Shown here piece after piece: positions 37,488-51,375 of a DNA stretch of 64,000 nt. Both the position numbers and the translations under genes were made by a program. The notes beneath the pieces are model-generated. The model did no database searches, was not told the DNA's origin, and saw only the letters and a list, made by a program, of their open reading frames with translations. Every line of letters starts with the position of its first letter. The stretch's first letter is position 1. The stretch comes from Octopus vulgaris (lineage: Eukaryota), in assembly GCA_951406725.2 (NCBI GenBank), contig OX597815.1:115134001-115198000 (forward strand), written 5' to 3'.

Positions 37488-39136
37488 TTTATGAACCAAA
37501 TCTTACAAAGTACACACATCCACTTTCTATCCCAAGCTGAAATTTAATCTCGAGAAGTTATTTAAGCCAAGAAAGACAAACAGATATGATTCAGCAAACC
37601 AGTTCTAAAATTGTAAATGAATTATGAAGCTGCTTCCTCTGTCAACATATGATGGGATACTGTGATGGATGCACTGCTCTTAATTATACAATTTTTTTAA
37701 AGTTATTTTGTTAATTTGTCTTTCAATGTTATTAATACCTGAGGGTTACTTTTCCTCACAGGAATACTATGGCACTTGTGATTTATATCCTCATCCATCC
37801 TTAGAATATAAGCAAAATTAAAATAAATCATTTAGGAGTTTTCAATCATGGCCTTATACTTGTAGAAGCCTAGTGGAACATTTTATGTGAAGCCTTTGAC
37901 AATTTATGATTATATTTACTATCATAAACTGAAATAGCCTATTTAACCTGCAAAAAGTAGCAGGTGAATTTTTCTCAAATCATCCCACTGTATTAAACAG
38001 AAGAATATATTAGATAATGTAGCCCTATACTTGTAAAAGTAAAAAGAAAAAAAAGATGGCATAGTCAAAGCTTGAATGCCTTTAATTCAAAAGTCTACTT
38101 AATGAAGGATGACTTAGGTTAAATAACACCAGTTCATAGATTTTGCAATTTTTTAAAAATAATTTTTGTCCAGAAAATTCACCAAGCTTTATTTAATAGG
38201 ATCACATTCACTGACATTTTTTACTTTTCAAAGTTTTGTTGAGCCAAGAGATTTGAGCTGACTACCAAGATGAAATTGAATACCATGCATCCAATACCTT
38301 TCATTCTGCCAACTTTACTGCACTTACAATTACTGTCATATTGATTTGCTTTCATAACCATTTATTCATTATACATAAAAATGTTTCAAATTTTGATCAA
38401 TACTATATTAATGAGCAATGTGACACTGGGCAATGTGATAATGTTTGTTTATACACGAGAGAAAGCATATCTGTAACAGTTAAGAATATTGTGGCAATGT
38501 AGCAGTAGTACTGTTATCCAAAATCTGGGTGTAATGACAATAGTGCATTGAAAGTGTCAGCAATGCCACAACATTTTATAGATCAGTCATGCAATGAATC
38601 AGTAGAGCTGTGAAAGCATCAGCTAGGTAGATTGCCTTGTCATATTTGTTCCGGCAGCTCTTGGTGGTCTGAGTTCAAATCTTATCAAGGCCAACTTCTT
38701 TTGTCCTTTGGGGTTGATAAATACAGTATCAGTTCAACACAGTGGATTGGTAGAATTCTTAAAGATGAGATGTCTTGTGGTAACTGTTCTAGTAGAGGCC
38801 TGAATTCAAATCTTGCCTTCTATCACCAGGATAAAAAAAAAAAGCAGGAGTGGGTGGGGAAGAGACTGTCAAGAGCGGCAACCAACAAATAGAATCAGTA
38901 ATGGCAAAAATTCATTGCAAACAGTTTATATAGTTCAACTGGCTGCACCCATAACTGGAGCTGTGGTGTGTTAACCCTGGAAAGCATTGTTGTTCAATGG
39001 GTATATAGATATAATCAATACAGGGTTAATCTAGATTAATTGAAGTTATGTTTCTTTGTTGTGGGTATAGTCCAATTCACCAAAGTTAATTACATTTCTC
39101 ACATTTACTGTGTTATCACTTACAATACTAATAAAA

Positions 39137-39350
39137 TAATCATTTCTACTATAGACACAAGGCCTGAAATTTTCAGGGAAGGGTAAGTCAATTAAATCAA
39201 CCCCATTATTTCATTGGTACTTAATTTATCAATCCCGAAAGGATGGAAACCAAAGACAACCTCTGCAGAATTTGAACGCAAAATGTAAAGATGGATGAAA
39301 TGCTGCTAAGCATTTTGCCCAACATGATAACAATTCTGCTAGCTTGCCAC
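39137..39350 (-). mobile_element. Full-length tRNA-derived SINE with 18-bp TSD (central domain resembles Meta/Sauria-type SINEs)
   Basis: TSD cttacaatactaataaaa at 39119-39136 and 39351-39368; minus-strand head gtggcaagctagcagaattgttatc...gcgttcaaattctgcagaggttgtctttggtttccatcctttcggg. Confidence 0.85.
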
Positions 39351-39486
39351 CTTACAATACTAATAAAAAAAATAATGGAGTTGGTATTTCAGATATCTCT
39401 CAGATCAATAACATGTTAGTAATATTTCAGGATGCTGGATGATTCTTTCCACTCTTAATAAAAGAAGAAAAAAGACAGGTGAGAGA

Positions 39487-39838
39487 CATCATTATCATCA
39501 TCAACATTTAATGTCTGTTGTCCATGCTGGCATGGGTTGGACAGTTTGACCAGGGCTGGTAAGCTGGAAGACTGCACCAGACTCCAGTCTGATTTGACAT
39601 GGTTTCTACAGCTAAATGCCTTTCCTAACACCAACCTCTGAGAGTGTAATGGGTGCTTTTATGTGTCACTGGCATGGGTGCCATTTGCATGACACTTATC
39701 TGCACAACTGCGATTTTGCTTGGCTTGATGAGTCTTCTTCTCAAGCACTACATAATGCCAAAGGTCTCGGTCATTGCCTCCGAGAAGCCCAACATTTGAA
39801 AGGAACTCAGCCACCTTGCTTCTGTGAGGCCCAACACT
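39487..39838 (-). mobile_element. RTE LINE 3' UTR/tail fragment
   Basis: catcatcaacatttaatgtctgttgtccatgctggcatgggttggacag...aaaggtctcggtcattgcctccg. Confidence 0.85.
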
Positions 39839-41399
39839 CAGACATAAATGTAATGTATGTCTAATAAAAGGAATTAAAAATTCAGAAAAGGAAAAGAATT
39901 TAGTAGAAATCTCATAAGTTTCATCACTAGTTATTGTTTAGCCCTGGGTCAGACCTGATTATACTGACTTATTGAGAACTTAATCTGAAAGGATGAATAA
40001 AACAGACACATGCAAAAACACTAATGAAGAATTAGTACAATAAATATTTTAAATATACTCAATATGGTTGAAGTAAAACACTAGAGAACCATTCTGTGGA
40101 CCAAATACTAAATGGGGTCATATATATGTAATATAGAACACTGAAAGACTTTCACCACCTACTATTATTCAATAGACAAAGACACCTTTTTGGAGGAACT
40201 TAAAAATCTAAAAGTAACAAGCAAAATAAGATCAATTGATCAAAATGAATTGATGAAAGAATGGGGGAAAGAGAGAGAGAGATATGGCATGTTCAATAAA
40301 AGAGCTTCTTCAGGGTTGTTCAGCTAACTGGTAGTAGCAATCACATCACAATTTACTACATTGAAGGATATATGAAGCAATGTAGAAAAAAGCAGAATGA
40401 AGTTATTTCGTTATGGTTCTGTTTGATTAAGGTAGATTTAAATAATAATAGAAAAAACAACAACCAAGTTTACTTCAAGTTAAAGAGAGATGGTCTCTAT
40501 AATCACTCGAAATTTCTCTCAAATCATACCCTACTGTCTTAAGGCATATTGGATGATGTACATGTTAAAATAATTTTTATTTTAAAAGCAAGTTTAAGAA
40601 TAACAATGAAACATTTAATAATGGTGGGAGGGTCTCCATACTGAGAATAGAGTTAAATTTAGTGCAAAATTTGTGTTGACTGGTAGTAGATGAAACTAAG
40701 TTTGAACCAATACAAATTTTGCTTTACCCCCCCCCCCACACACACACATTGATATTAATCTTTCTTCCTTAATACTATCCTTCTGAATTGCCAAATTATC
40801 TTTCCTTTACCACCACACATCTTTCACTCTGCATATGCAGTACATCTGCTTCTCTTTACCCCTTATCCTCTAGCAACTTACCCAATCCCATGTCAACTCT
40901 TTTTCTTACCCTTTTCTTTCTACTGTGTCATCATTACTCTTCTGCTACTCTTCACCACTCCCTTTTCTGAACTATCAGTCACCTCTCACTCTCCCTTATC
41001 TACCCCAACTCATATGCATCATTGGTCACTCCTTGTCCCTCAGCCATCATTCACTACATTCCTCAATCCTACCTAATCTCTGAAATTGTCACCAACTCTT
41101 TTCTACCCCCTCTACATATCCCTCAACATATGCTCTTCATTCATTATATTCATCCTTTCACCAATTTCTCTTCTGGCACTTTCCTATACATTCTTTCAAC
41201 CTCTACTCATACACTCCTGGCTCTTCTATTCCCAGTCACTTCTACCCACCTTGTACCTTGGGAAGCCTGATTACTCCTACTCTTTCTTCTAAAATATGAG
41301 CAGCCATAAGTTTCTTCTACAGCAAGAAACCTGTTCAGCTCTGGCCCCTTCTTTCATACTTAAATCTCTCAGTACTTAGCATAAAGTCGTCTTCCTCAG

Positions 41400-41705
41400 A
41401 GTTTGTAGTCTTGTAAGCTACACAGTGACATTAAAATAGCATCTAGTACATACTGTGAAGTGGCTGGCATTAGGAAGGCCATCCAGCTTTAGAAACCATC
41501 CTAAAGCAGTTACTGGAGCACAAAGCAATCCTTGGATCTATTGGATCCTGTCAAACTGTCCAACTCATGCCAACATTAAATAATGATGATGATGTGACAT
41601 CATCACCATCGTTTTAACATCCACTTTTCCATGCTTGCAAGGAACATACAAAACTCTTTGAGGTAGATTTTCTATGAAAGGATGTCCTTCCTGTTGCCAA
41701 CCCTC
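41400..41705. mobile_element. Two RTE-type tails joined tail-to-tail (+ then -)
   Basis: The plus copy ends atgatgatgatg at about 41594; the minus copy begins catcatcaccatcgttttaacatccacttttccatgc. Confidence 0.7.
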
Positions 41706-41714
41706 ACTGGTTTT

Positions 41715-41882
41715 TAAGGAGGAAAAAGACTGAGAAGACCAAGGAAAATGTAGCACAGTACATTCCAGGATGACATGATAGCAATGAGTGTTGGCCTGAG
41801 TGGAGTCAGGTGGTAGGCAAGCAATTGGGATGTTTGAAGAAGGATTGTTGCACACGTGCTGAAAGCATTAGAGGCACTAAGA
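41715..41882 (+). mobile_element. 3' end of a different decayed RTE LINE
   Basis: Translates GGKRLRRPRKM*HSTFQDDM...ASNWDV*RRIVAH, resembling the RTE C-terminal GxRxxGRPxxTWxxxxxxD motif. Confidence 0.5.
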
Positions 41883-42643
41883 ACCAAGAACCATATTAAA
41901 AATTCTACTGTAAATGACATGAGCCAACATCTTCATAAAATGGAATTTAAAACTTAAAGGTGTTTCTACATGTGAATTTAAAATGATTTCTAAACATATT
42001 CACAATCAGACTTACCAGTATGTTATTTCAGTATTAGGCTAAGCACTAACCAATGAACAATAACTAGATTTCAACACCTTAACTAGTATAACTTCTATTT
42101 GGTGCTATGATAAATTATTGTCTTCAACATTAATTGCTTCTAGTTTATTCTCATTTAACTTGCTTTTGATGAATAACAAAACATTAAAATATTTTTACAG
42201 TATCAACATACTTGTAAATTTAAGTTCATCATAGTAAATGATCTGTTAGTTCAGATTACTAGATTCAAACTTCGGAGGTGAAATGCCAAAAAAAAAAGGG
42301 GGGTGGGGGTGGGGTAAAAAAAAAAAGACATCTGCACCTACTTGATGCAAATACAGAAGAATATTTTTTTATCTTCAGAAATGAAGCTAATAAGCAGCTA
42401 ATAGATTGTCAGGATCATTAGAACATCAAATATAATGCTTCTTGAGATTTGATCTGATTCTTTAAGCTCCAAATTCAAATCCCAGTATGGTCAATTTTGC
42501 CTTTCATCATTTTGAGGGTTGTTAAAAAAAAGTGGATTGGCAAAATTGCAAGAATATTGGACTATATACCTTGTGTTATTTGTTCCAGCTCTTTCCATTG
42601 AGTTCAAATCCTGCCAAGCATTCTTGACAGGCGTCTGCTACTC

Positions 42644-42686
42644 TAGACCGATGAAGGACAAGGATCCTGAAACATGCGTGTCTCTA
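42644..42686 (+). ncRNA. Type I hammerhead ribozyme motif (U4C core variant), probably from a Penelope-like element or retrozyme
   Basis: Stem I TAGA/TCTA; core CCGATGA; stem II AGGA-caagga-TCCT; GAA; stem III ACA-tgcg-TGT; GUC triplet with the predicted cut after C42682. Confidence 0.75.
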
Positions 42687-43019
42687 ATTTGCTTCCAAGT
42701 TTAACATCAGGACGTGATTCTCGGGTACCTTTAGTGCAGGCCACACTGTTGTAGGTATTTGGACCAGGTATCCAATTTGAGGATACCTACTTCCTCAACT
42801 AATTAGTCTTTTAACAACTTCAGGTACACCACCAGAACTCACAATACACTAAATATTTAGAGAAACCAAAATCTTATGGATATGAGCCATGAACAAAACA
42901 TTCAGTTTAGACTACTTCTTTAACTAAAATCAAACACATCTTTTGAATAGCTGAATTTTTTGTGAGTTTTACTAGGTCATTGCTTCCTTAAATCTAGTGC
43001 TGACAAAAACAATGAACTG

Positions 43020-45010
43020 AAGGACGTTTTAGATAGAAATAACTAGAGGTATCAAGTTGTTGGATCAGGTAATGAAGGTTACAGAGAGGGTCATAGCCCA
43101 ACTAATTAGGGAGAGAGTCAGTTTAGATGAGATGCAGTTTGGGTTCGTGCCAGGGAAAAGCACCACCGATGCTATATTTCTGGTAAGACAGCTGCAAGAG
43201 AAATACTTAGCCAAATACCTGGCTTTCGTTGACATGGAGAAAGCCTTTGACAGGATCCCCCAATCCCTTATCTGGTGGTCAATGAGGAAGCTAGGGATAG
43301 ATGAATGGTTAGTGAGAGCTGTGCAAGTCATGTACAAGGATGCGGTCAGTAAGGTGCGGGTTGGCAACGAGTACAGTGAAGAATTCAGGGTAGGGGTAGG
43401 GATCCACCAAGGATCAGTCCTCAGCCCCCTCTTATTTATCATAGTCCTCCAGGCAATAACGGAGGAATTCAAGAGCGGATGCCCCTGGAAGCACCCCTAT
43501 GCTGATGACCTTGCACTAATTGCTGAGTTACTATCAGAACTAGAGAAAAAGTTTCAGGTGTGGAAATAAGGATTAGAATTGAAAGGCCTTAGAGTCAGCC
43601 TAGCTAAAACCAAAGTCTTAATAAGTAGAAAGCAGACAAACCACAAATCCATTCAGGTAGGTGGCCCTGCTCGATCTGTAGAAAAGGCGTAAGTAGAAAT
43701 TTCATAAGACATAACCAGTGTAAGCTAGGGACACATAAGAGGTGCAGCAATATCAAAGGAAGGCTAATTGGGAAGATAGTTTTTGTATGTGGCAAATGAT
43801 CAAGTGCTATAAACACTGAAAATGTACAGAGAACAGATTCTGCCACATTCCAAAGAGAAAAACTACAAGTAGTTGATAGCTTCGGTTATCTGGGGGATCA
43901 AGTCAGTAGCAGGGGTAGATGCACTGAAAGTGTAGCTGCTAGAATAAGAATAGCCTGGGCAAAGTTCAGATAGCTCCTACCTCTGCAGGTGACAAAAGGC
44001 CTCTCGTTCAGAGTAAAAGGTAGACCGTATGATGCATGTGTTCAAACAGCCATGCTACATGGCAGTGAAACATGGGCTGTGACTGCTGAGGACATGCATA
44101 AGCTTGCCAGGAATGAAGCCAGTATGCTCCACTGAATGTGTAATGTCAGTGTGCATACGTGACAGAGTGTAAGCGCCCTGAGAGAAAGTTGGATTTAAGA
44201 AGCATCTGATGTGGTGTGCAAGAGAGACGACTATGCTGGTATGGTCATGTGTTGCGAATGAATGAGGACAGCTGTATGAAAAAGTATCACACCCTAGCAG
44301 TAGAGGGAACCCATGGAAGAGGTAGACCCAGGAAAACCTAGGATGAGGTGATAAAGCACGACCATTGAACATTGGGCCTTACTGAGGCAATGACTAGTGA
44401 CCGAGACCTTAGGAGATACGCTGCGCTTAAGACCTCACAAGACAAGTGAGACCATAGCCCATGGCCTATGCCAGTGGGTGTAACCAGCCCACTTATGAGA
44501 ACCCCTCATTCATTGGACAATAAACTTTGCTTGCAAAGACCTATTGAGGCATGTGAAATCAAATAAAAATCGTTGACATGGCTGATGACAGTACCGCCTG
44601 ATTGACACTCATGCCAGTGGAATGTTAAAAGCACATCCGAGTGTGATCGTTGCCTGGGCCATGGATTGGTCCTCATGCTAGTGGCACGTAAAAAGTATAT
44701 TTCCGGTGTGATCGTTGTCAGTGTCGCCTTACCAGCACATGTGCTGCTGGCATGTGAAAAACAACATTTGAGCATGGTTGTTGCCAGTGCTGTGGGACTG
44801 GCTCCCGTGCAGGTACCACGTAAAAAATACCTTTTGAGCGTGGTCGTAGCCTGAACCGCCTGACTGGCCGCCATGCCAGTGGCACGTAAATGCACCCACT
44901 ACACTCTCAGAGTGGTTGGCATTAGGAAGGGCATCCAGCTGTAGAAACTTTGCCAGATCAGATTGAGCTTGGTGCAGCCTCTGGCTCAGCAGACGTTAAA
45001 TGATGATGAT
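43020..45010 (+). mobile_element. 5'-truncated RTE-clade LINE with RT domain, inactivated
   Basis: ORF 43057-43569 has RT motifs QFGF, FVDMEKAFD, GIHQGSVLSPLLF and YADDL; a downstream FGYLG and C-terminal segment carry stops; tandem-repeat 3' UTR and (GAT)n end. Confidence 0.97.
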
Positions 45011-45552
45011 TACTACTTAATAGGCTGAGAATATTAAAAAAAAAAATTATCTCTGTTAACAAGAACTATAGACCAATATGATCTAAGGAATAAAAAATTT
45101 AACACCTGGTATTCACCTATTATCTTTATGTCTAAATCCTTACAAAATAAATAAAAAGTCATTTGTTACTATAAAGTTAATCTGTATATTATTTTAATAT
45201 CACTATGCTATATGGGTCATTTAAGATACCTGGCATAGTCAAGTGATTAATAATGCATTATAAAATTCCACAAACCTTTAGAATTATAGACAAGCTTATA
45301 CTGAATTAAGAGATTGCTAGTTCTTAATACATAGCTCTTATTTATTCATGATGTGAAATCAACCTGAGATGACTTCATGTCATGAATAAATAATTTAAAC
45401 AAAATGCTTACTAAGTTACTGAACCAATCTAAAGAAATGTTTCAGATTCACATAAACTTTCTACATCTGGAACTTTGGTAAAGTAAGACATCAACAACAT
45501 ACAATTCTTGCTGGTAAGAATACAGTTTCTAAAATGGCTAGAATAATATGAA

Positions 45553-45622
45553 GGACTGGTTTGATCTAATGGTAGAATGTCTCATGTCTACAGGAGATAT
45601 GGGTTCATATCCTATGGGCAGC
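45553..45622 (+). pseudogene. Degenerate tRNA-like sequence (tRNA pseudogene or isolated SINE head)
   Basis: A-box-like tgatctaatgg, stem tctc/gaga, B-box gggttcatatcc and a downstream T-run; the acceptor stem does not pair well. Confidence 0.45.
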
Positions 45623-47835
45623 TTTTGATTTTTCAATCCAAAATGGTTTTCAATCCAATATTTACATACTATTATTTATAGCATTATGTGCTTCAAGATC
45701 CACTGTCAAAAAAAAGCTAAGGATACTGCTAAGATATTGTTGTGGTTAAGCACAAGTTATATAGACCTATGGAAAAAGTTCCAATCCGTCTTGTCTTTTT
45801 GTATATCAAGGACTACAGTGTTCAATATATTTGTTTTATTTAGTATGGCGTATGCAAGATTTGGCTGTTATTTCTAGTAGGTTGAATGATTATGTTGAGC
45901 TCTCTTCCTTCATTTGTTCTGATTAAGGCATTTAAGACATTAAGGAAAAATTTTTTAAAAACCCACTAATATACAAAAACTAATATAGAATTGTCTAAGA
46001 CAGTTCTAGTCTGATAAAGCAACCACACCAGAGAAACAAGTTAAAAACCTGTGGGGTTCACAACAACATGATATGTAAACATGAAAATATGAAACAAAAG
46101 AGTACAATTTTTAAAAGAATTCTTATGGCTTGTATAAAATAATATATAAGCCATTTGTATTATAGACAGACTTTCATGTATTCACTAATAAGCTTAAAGT
46201 ACCCAAACCTGTGAACAATGTCCTTTTCAGTTATACCAAGGAACTAATTGTTTGGCATGAATAACATGTGAAAGAAGGAGTTTTACTTTAGCAGACAAAA
46301 TATACATGGAATATATAGACCAGGCAATCAATACAAGATGGCTTTATTTTCAATTACTGTAATACAAGGCATTAAGGCTGAGGAGTGTTTGTGTGTGTGT
46401 GTGTCTATGTGTGGAGAATCCATTTAACAAAGAATGCAGCCTGAACAATAAGAAAATGGATAACATTAAGAGTAGGTAAAAATCACCATCAGTTAAACCT
46501 ACTGTCTATGATGTTTGCAAACTGTCTGATGGAAAATAAAGAGACCAATTGTGGAGAATACTTATTTTTATATCTTTGATAAGCAGACATGAAGACAAAG
46601 ACTTTAGATAATGGTTTGATGACATTATATACAGACAAATAACTGTTTGTAAATAACAACTACTACTGATTTTAATAAGAACAATGTACTAGCCACTATA
46701 CATACATATTTTACATGTGTGTGTGTGTATCACTGGAATAAAGTTTCTTGTCCACACATATAAATACAAAGAGGCATTGATTCATAAACAGATTTTTCTG
46801 TGTCATGCAAGGGAAGTTCATGAATATAAAAAAAAAATCTATGGTTGATCACCTTGGCAACAAAGTCAAAGGATGTTGATAAAACTCAAATCAATTATAT
46901 AGAGAAATTCATTATTTATTAATTTATCTTTATTTAATTAAACTGAGAATTATTCAGTCAAGAATCATAATTTTGCTTATGTATTCACAGCTTTAATGAT
47001 TAAAATTGAATGGCATTAAATAGCTGAAGTAAAAAGTGATATATTCAAATCTACATTAAGGCAAGATCAATAGGACATCAATAAGTATTCATGGTCAAGC
47101 ATTTTATAAACTATAATCAATGTTAGGATGCAACTCACAGTGACAAAACTACCAGCTCAATATAGCAACAGTATCAACAATTTCATAATTAGACACAAAA
47201 ACAGTTACTGTGAGTAGACTTTGTTGATCAAGACATTGATGTAACAATAAAAATGATTTCTCACATTAGTACAAGATGTGGGGTTTAGTTGATTGAATTG
47301 ATCCAGTTCACAATCAATATTTATCCTATAATCTCTAAAGGGACAAGTGAAATGGTATTCTGTCCTGGACATTATGCTTCTGCTATTCCCTGATTTATTT
47401 TCTATTACAATTTGTGAATGGTAGCATTGTTATTAACAGGTTCATGATAGACTAACCATTGGTTTACAACATTTCCAAATAGTGAGAATAATAACTTTGT
47501 ACAGAGATCACTGATTTTTCACCAATGTTTACATGATTGACAATAGGTAAGTCATTCATGTATATCTACCTACACACACACACAAATATGGACTTCTGCA
47601 ATTCATGTCAACCAAAGTCCCATTGCAAATAATTGCAAATTTGCCTAAAGTAGTGCAAGGTGGGTTTGAGCCTGGAACCAAATTGTTGGAAAGTGAATTC
47701 TTTAATCATACAGTCAAATGACTGCACCTGTTAATAATTTCTAACCATGGCACAAAGCCACACATTTTGAAGTGATTTAGTAACTCATATCCTATCATCT
47801 TAGAAAAATAATTCGGTGTGAGTGTGAGTGTGAGT

Positions 47836-47884
<49 letters not shown>
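47836..47884. repeat. (AG)n microsatellite
   Basis: Read directly. Confidence 0.95.
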
Positions 47885-47886
<2 letters not shown>

Positions 47887-49389
47887 GGAATGCTTTGATC
47901 AGGTGTTTGTTCAATCAAGGTAGACAAAGGGTTAAATGACAAGCTAAGAAAAGGAAAATTTATAATCACAAGATTTTTATTTTAGAATTACCAAATAACA
48001 TCACTATGGCTGAATATGTGTACTTAAATGATAAAAGAAACAAAGCAAAGCAAAAACTAACTAAAGCACAATGTCTCAGAATTATAGAGAAAGAAAAATA
48101 GATTAAGGACCTTTTATGTCTCTTATGTATTATTGGCATCTTTGATGTGAAATCAATATAAGCAAGACTAGAATGCAGGGAAATAGGTGGATCATTGCAG
48201 TGCACAGAAACAACAATAATGACTAGGTGCATATGCCTATGTAGGCTTTAGGGTGAAAGAAACTTGTAAAATTTAGTATTATTTCAAGGATTAATAATAC
48301 ATATATACAATCTAAAGTAGGTGTTGTCTTCAGAGGAATAAAACTGACCCAAAAAAATAAACTTGCTTGGTTTGGGAAACATTTCTGAAAAATGTAAACT
48401 GACATTAAACATGTTTTACAAAGACTTGGTTACAAATGAAAAGAAAAGAAAGAATGACAAGATTGTGTGAATATGTGACGACATGTTTTCCTTTAGAATA
48501 TGTATGTAATTTAAAAGACATATTTACCAGACAGAATACACAAACACACAGAGACACACACACACACATACAATAATCTCAATCCTCACATGTTACAAAT
48601 GAAAATGTAGTTTATATTATGTATTCTAGACAATGAGAGGATGGGCTAGAATTGAGTCAGTTAAAAAAAGAAAAACAACAGCAATGACAAAACCTTTTCA
48701 GCATTGACGGAAGTTTGCAAGTCTTTCAAATACAAAGTTGAGAGAAAAAAAAAAAAACAGAAAAGAAACTATTATATTACTTTCTTTCCAGCTACTTCAT
48801 GAATTCAGGAGCCTCATCAGACAGAGAAAACAAGTGGATGAGAAATCATTTGGATAAAGTAATGAAGAATTTAAGTTTAAAAATATATGCTGGTTATTAT
48901 ATAACATGAAAAATGTCGTCTATCTGGCTGTATTGATAGGACAAATGGTTGAGAGTTCATAACCTAGCACTGGTCTAGCCCACCTAACTGTACTATATTC
49001 AACTAGTATGTGCTTCATTTGCTTGGAGTGTTATCTATGTTATAGCCTGTACCATTATGGGTTAAGGATCTTGGCTTGTGGTATAGTGTTCTGCTTGTTG
49101 ACAGAACCCTATTATAGAAAAAGCAACCAAATCTCTCTTAATTTACATCCTACTAGGGGAAAGGTACACCGGACAATGTAGTCCTGGGTTCCTTGCACAT
49201 TGGTAAAAGACAAGACGGTCATGACTGGAAACTACTTAATCACAGATCCACTTGAAGTTGGTTGAGCAGGGACTATACAGCTGGATACAACACAACTCTC
49301 TTGATAATTTGTCTCAAGTGTTGGATGAACTCTACCAGTAGATACACAGCAGGAAACCGAAGGTTTCAAGTACTTTCAAGTAAACAGAT

Positions 49390-49492
<103 letters not shown>

Positions 49493-49999
49493 ACAGGTTA
49501 GTTCTACAATTGAATAATTGAATGTAAAGTTTAATGTGAAGAAAAAGAAGGATGTAATAGATTGATTTTGTAGAGAGACAAGCTTGCTGAGTGGATAAGA
49601 TACTGGACAAAATGTTCACCAATAATACGTTCATATCTGCTGCATTATTTTCCTGCATATAAGACCTTATTTTAATTGCTTCAATTTATCTAATCTTTAG
49701 TAATAGATAACATATCATCTGGGAAAAGCTTCTTGTAAGAAATCACATAACTCAAAGAGATTTATATCTCATCTACAAGGCACCATACATTAAAAAGTTC
49801 CTTGAGATTTAAACTCTTTGTAATATATGTTGTTGCTGTTATTGCCCTTTCTTTGCCTCACACAGTACATAAAAGAGCACACAGGCTTTACATTTTAAGA
49901 TGATAATGTAAGATTTGAAGGAGATTTAGTAACTACTTCTAGTACATCAAATAGCTGTGCAAAGACTGTATGTCTATATATTTTGGCAGTGGCCAACAC

Positions 50000-50080
50000 A
50001 GCAGCTGACATGGTGGGATGGTTAGAATAGCAGCTGGCATGGTGGGATGGTCAGAATAGCAAGTGGGATGGTGGGAGAGG
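50000..50080. repeat. 29-bp tandem repeat, about 2.7 copies
   Basis: agcagctg(a/g)catggtgggatggt(t/c)agaat repeated. Confidence 0.85.
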
Positions 50081-51177
50081 ACAATAGTTGCTGTATGTAT
50101 GGACTTAGCATACCATGTAATAGGAATTATTGGTGTGCATTGTAACATTTTATGGAAAACTACACTTCTAAAAGTGGACACATCAAATCCAAAATGACAC
50201 CTTGATAATTTAGGATTAGCCAAATCATGTTAGAGGCTTCATAACTTACAAAAAATCCTGCATCTGTTACATAAGTACCACAAATATCACTCAGACACTA
50301 CTAATAACAGAGCACATTACAATAGGTTGGAATGATTGGTGTGAAGTTGATGAAGGGAGCAGCTACAAAGTTGTAAGTTTATTAAAGAGATAGAAGAGGC
50401 AGAGAATTGTTACAGAGATAGAAGAGGCAGAGGCCAAGAATCGAAGAATAAGGAGAATGAGACAGTAAGAATATAATAATCAAAGATGTATATGGCTACA
50501 TTTGAAGAAAAAGCATGGTTTGGTCCAACGAATGGAGCTCAACTCAGGGCCTTTTCACTCCCCTAGCTTCTACTTTGAGACTGGTGAGTTTGATGCAGTC
50601 CATGTTCCTCTTGAACAGTTGGAAGTCAAACATGGTTAGGATGGATTTCAGAGGGATGACCCTCTTGAAAAGAAGAATAGTGCATATTGATTACTTTAGG
50701 CTTGGGGTGTTGACACAGTATGAATATTAAGTGCAAGGGAGACAAAGAAGTTGAGATTACTTGAATGAAGTGGCAAGAGATTTGCCAGTTCTGAGTAAGA
50801 GAAGCCACAATAGTAATATTAGAGAAGAAACAGCCTGTTTTTTTGTTTTTTTTGCATAACAATATATATCTGAATGTTGTTAGTGAATCAACACACACTC
50901 AGGGTTAAAATATTTCTTGGTTTTGAAGTGAATACTAGGTTTCTTTCAAGTAGTTTTAGATCATGGAAATGTAGAAGCTTCAAGAATATGTAAAATAAAT
51001 AATTTTAACAGTGAATTTTAAATAGATAATAACAGGTAATACATTGGATGAAAAAGCATCTGGGTGGGTGTTTTTCATCCAATATAGGTTGTAAAATAGG
51101 GTTGACAACTTCATGTGGTACACAAACAGACACTTTGTCCAACCAAGGTTTTTATCAAACCAACATATTGGTTTCGA

Positions 51178-51375
51178 ATTTTGGTACAAGGGCAATAATT
51201 TGCAGAGAGGAGTAAATCGATTATATTAACCCCAATGTTAAACTGGTAATAATTTTATTAACCCTGAAAGGATGAAAGGCAAAGTTGATGAAATTTAAAC
51301 CCACAATGTAACAATGGACAAAATACTGCAAAGCATTTTGCCTGGGATGCTAATGAATCTATCAGCCCACTGTCC
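51178..51375 (-). mobile_element. SINE of the 39137-39350 family
   Basis: ttttggtacaagggcaataatt...ccctgaaaggatgaaaggcaaagttg...aagcattttgcctgggatgctaatg. Confidence 0.75.

Noticed and set aside
40760-41290. Several Ser/Leu/Pro-rich ORFs
   Set aside because: Degenerate CT-rich low-complexity tract that is naturally poor in stop codons.
48775-48826. Minus-strand CTGATGA...GAAA as a second intact hammerhead
   Set aside because: Stem II is weak and offset, and stems I and III do not pair.
50430-50840. Possible CR1/Jockey-group LINE 3' end on the minus strand (FDFQLFKRN)
   Set aside because: Too decayed to support a call without a profile search.
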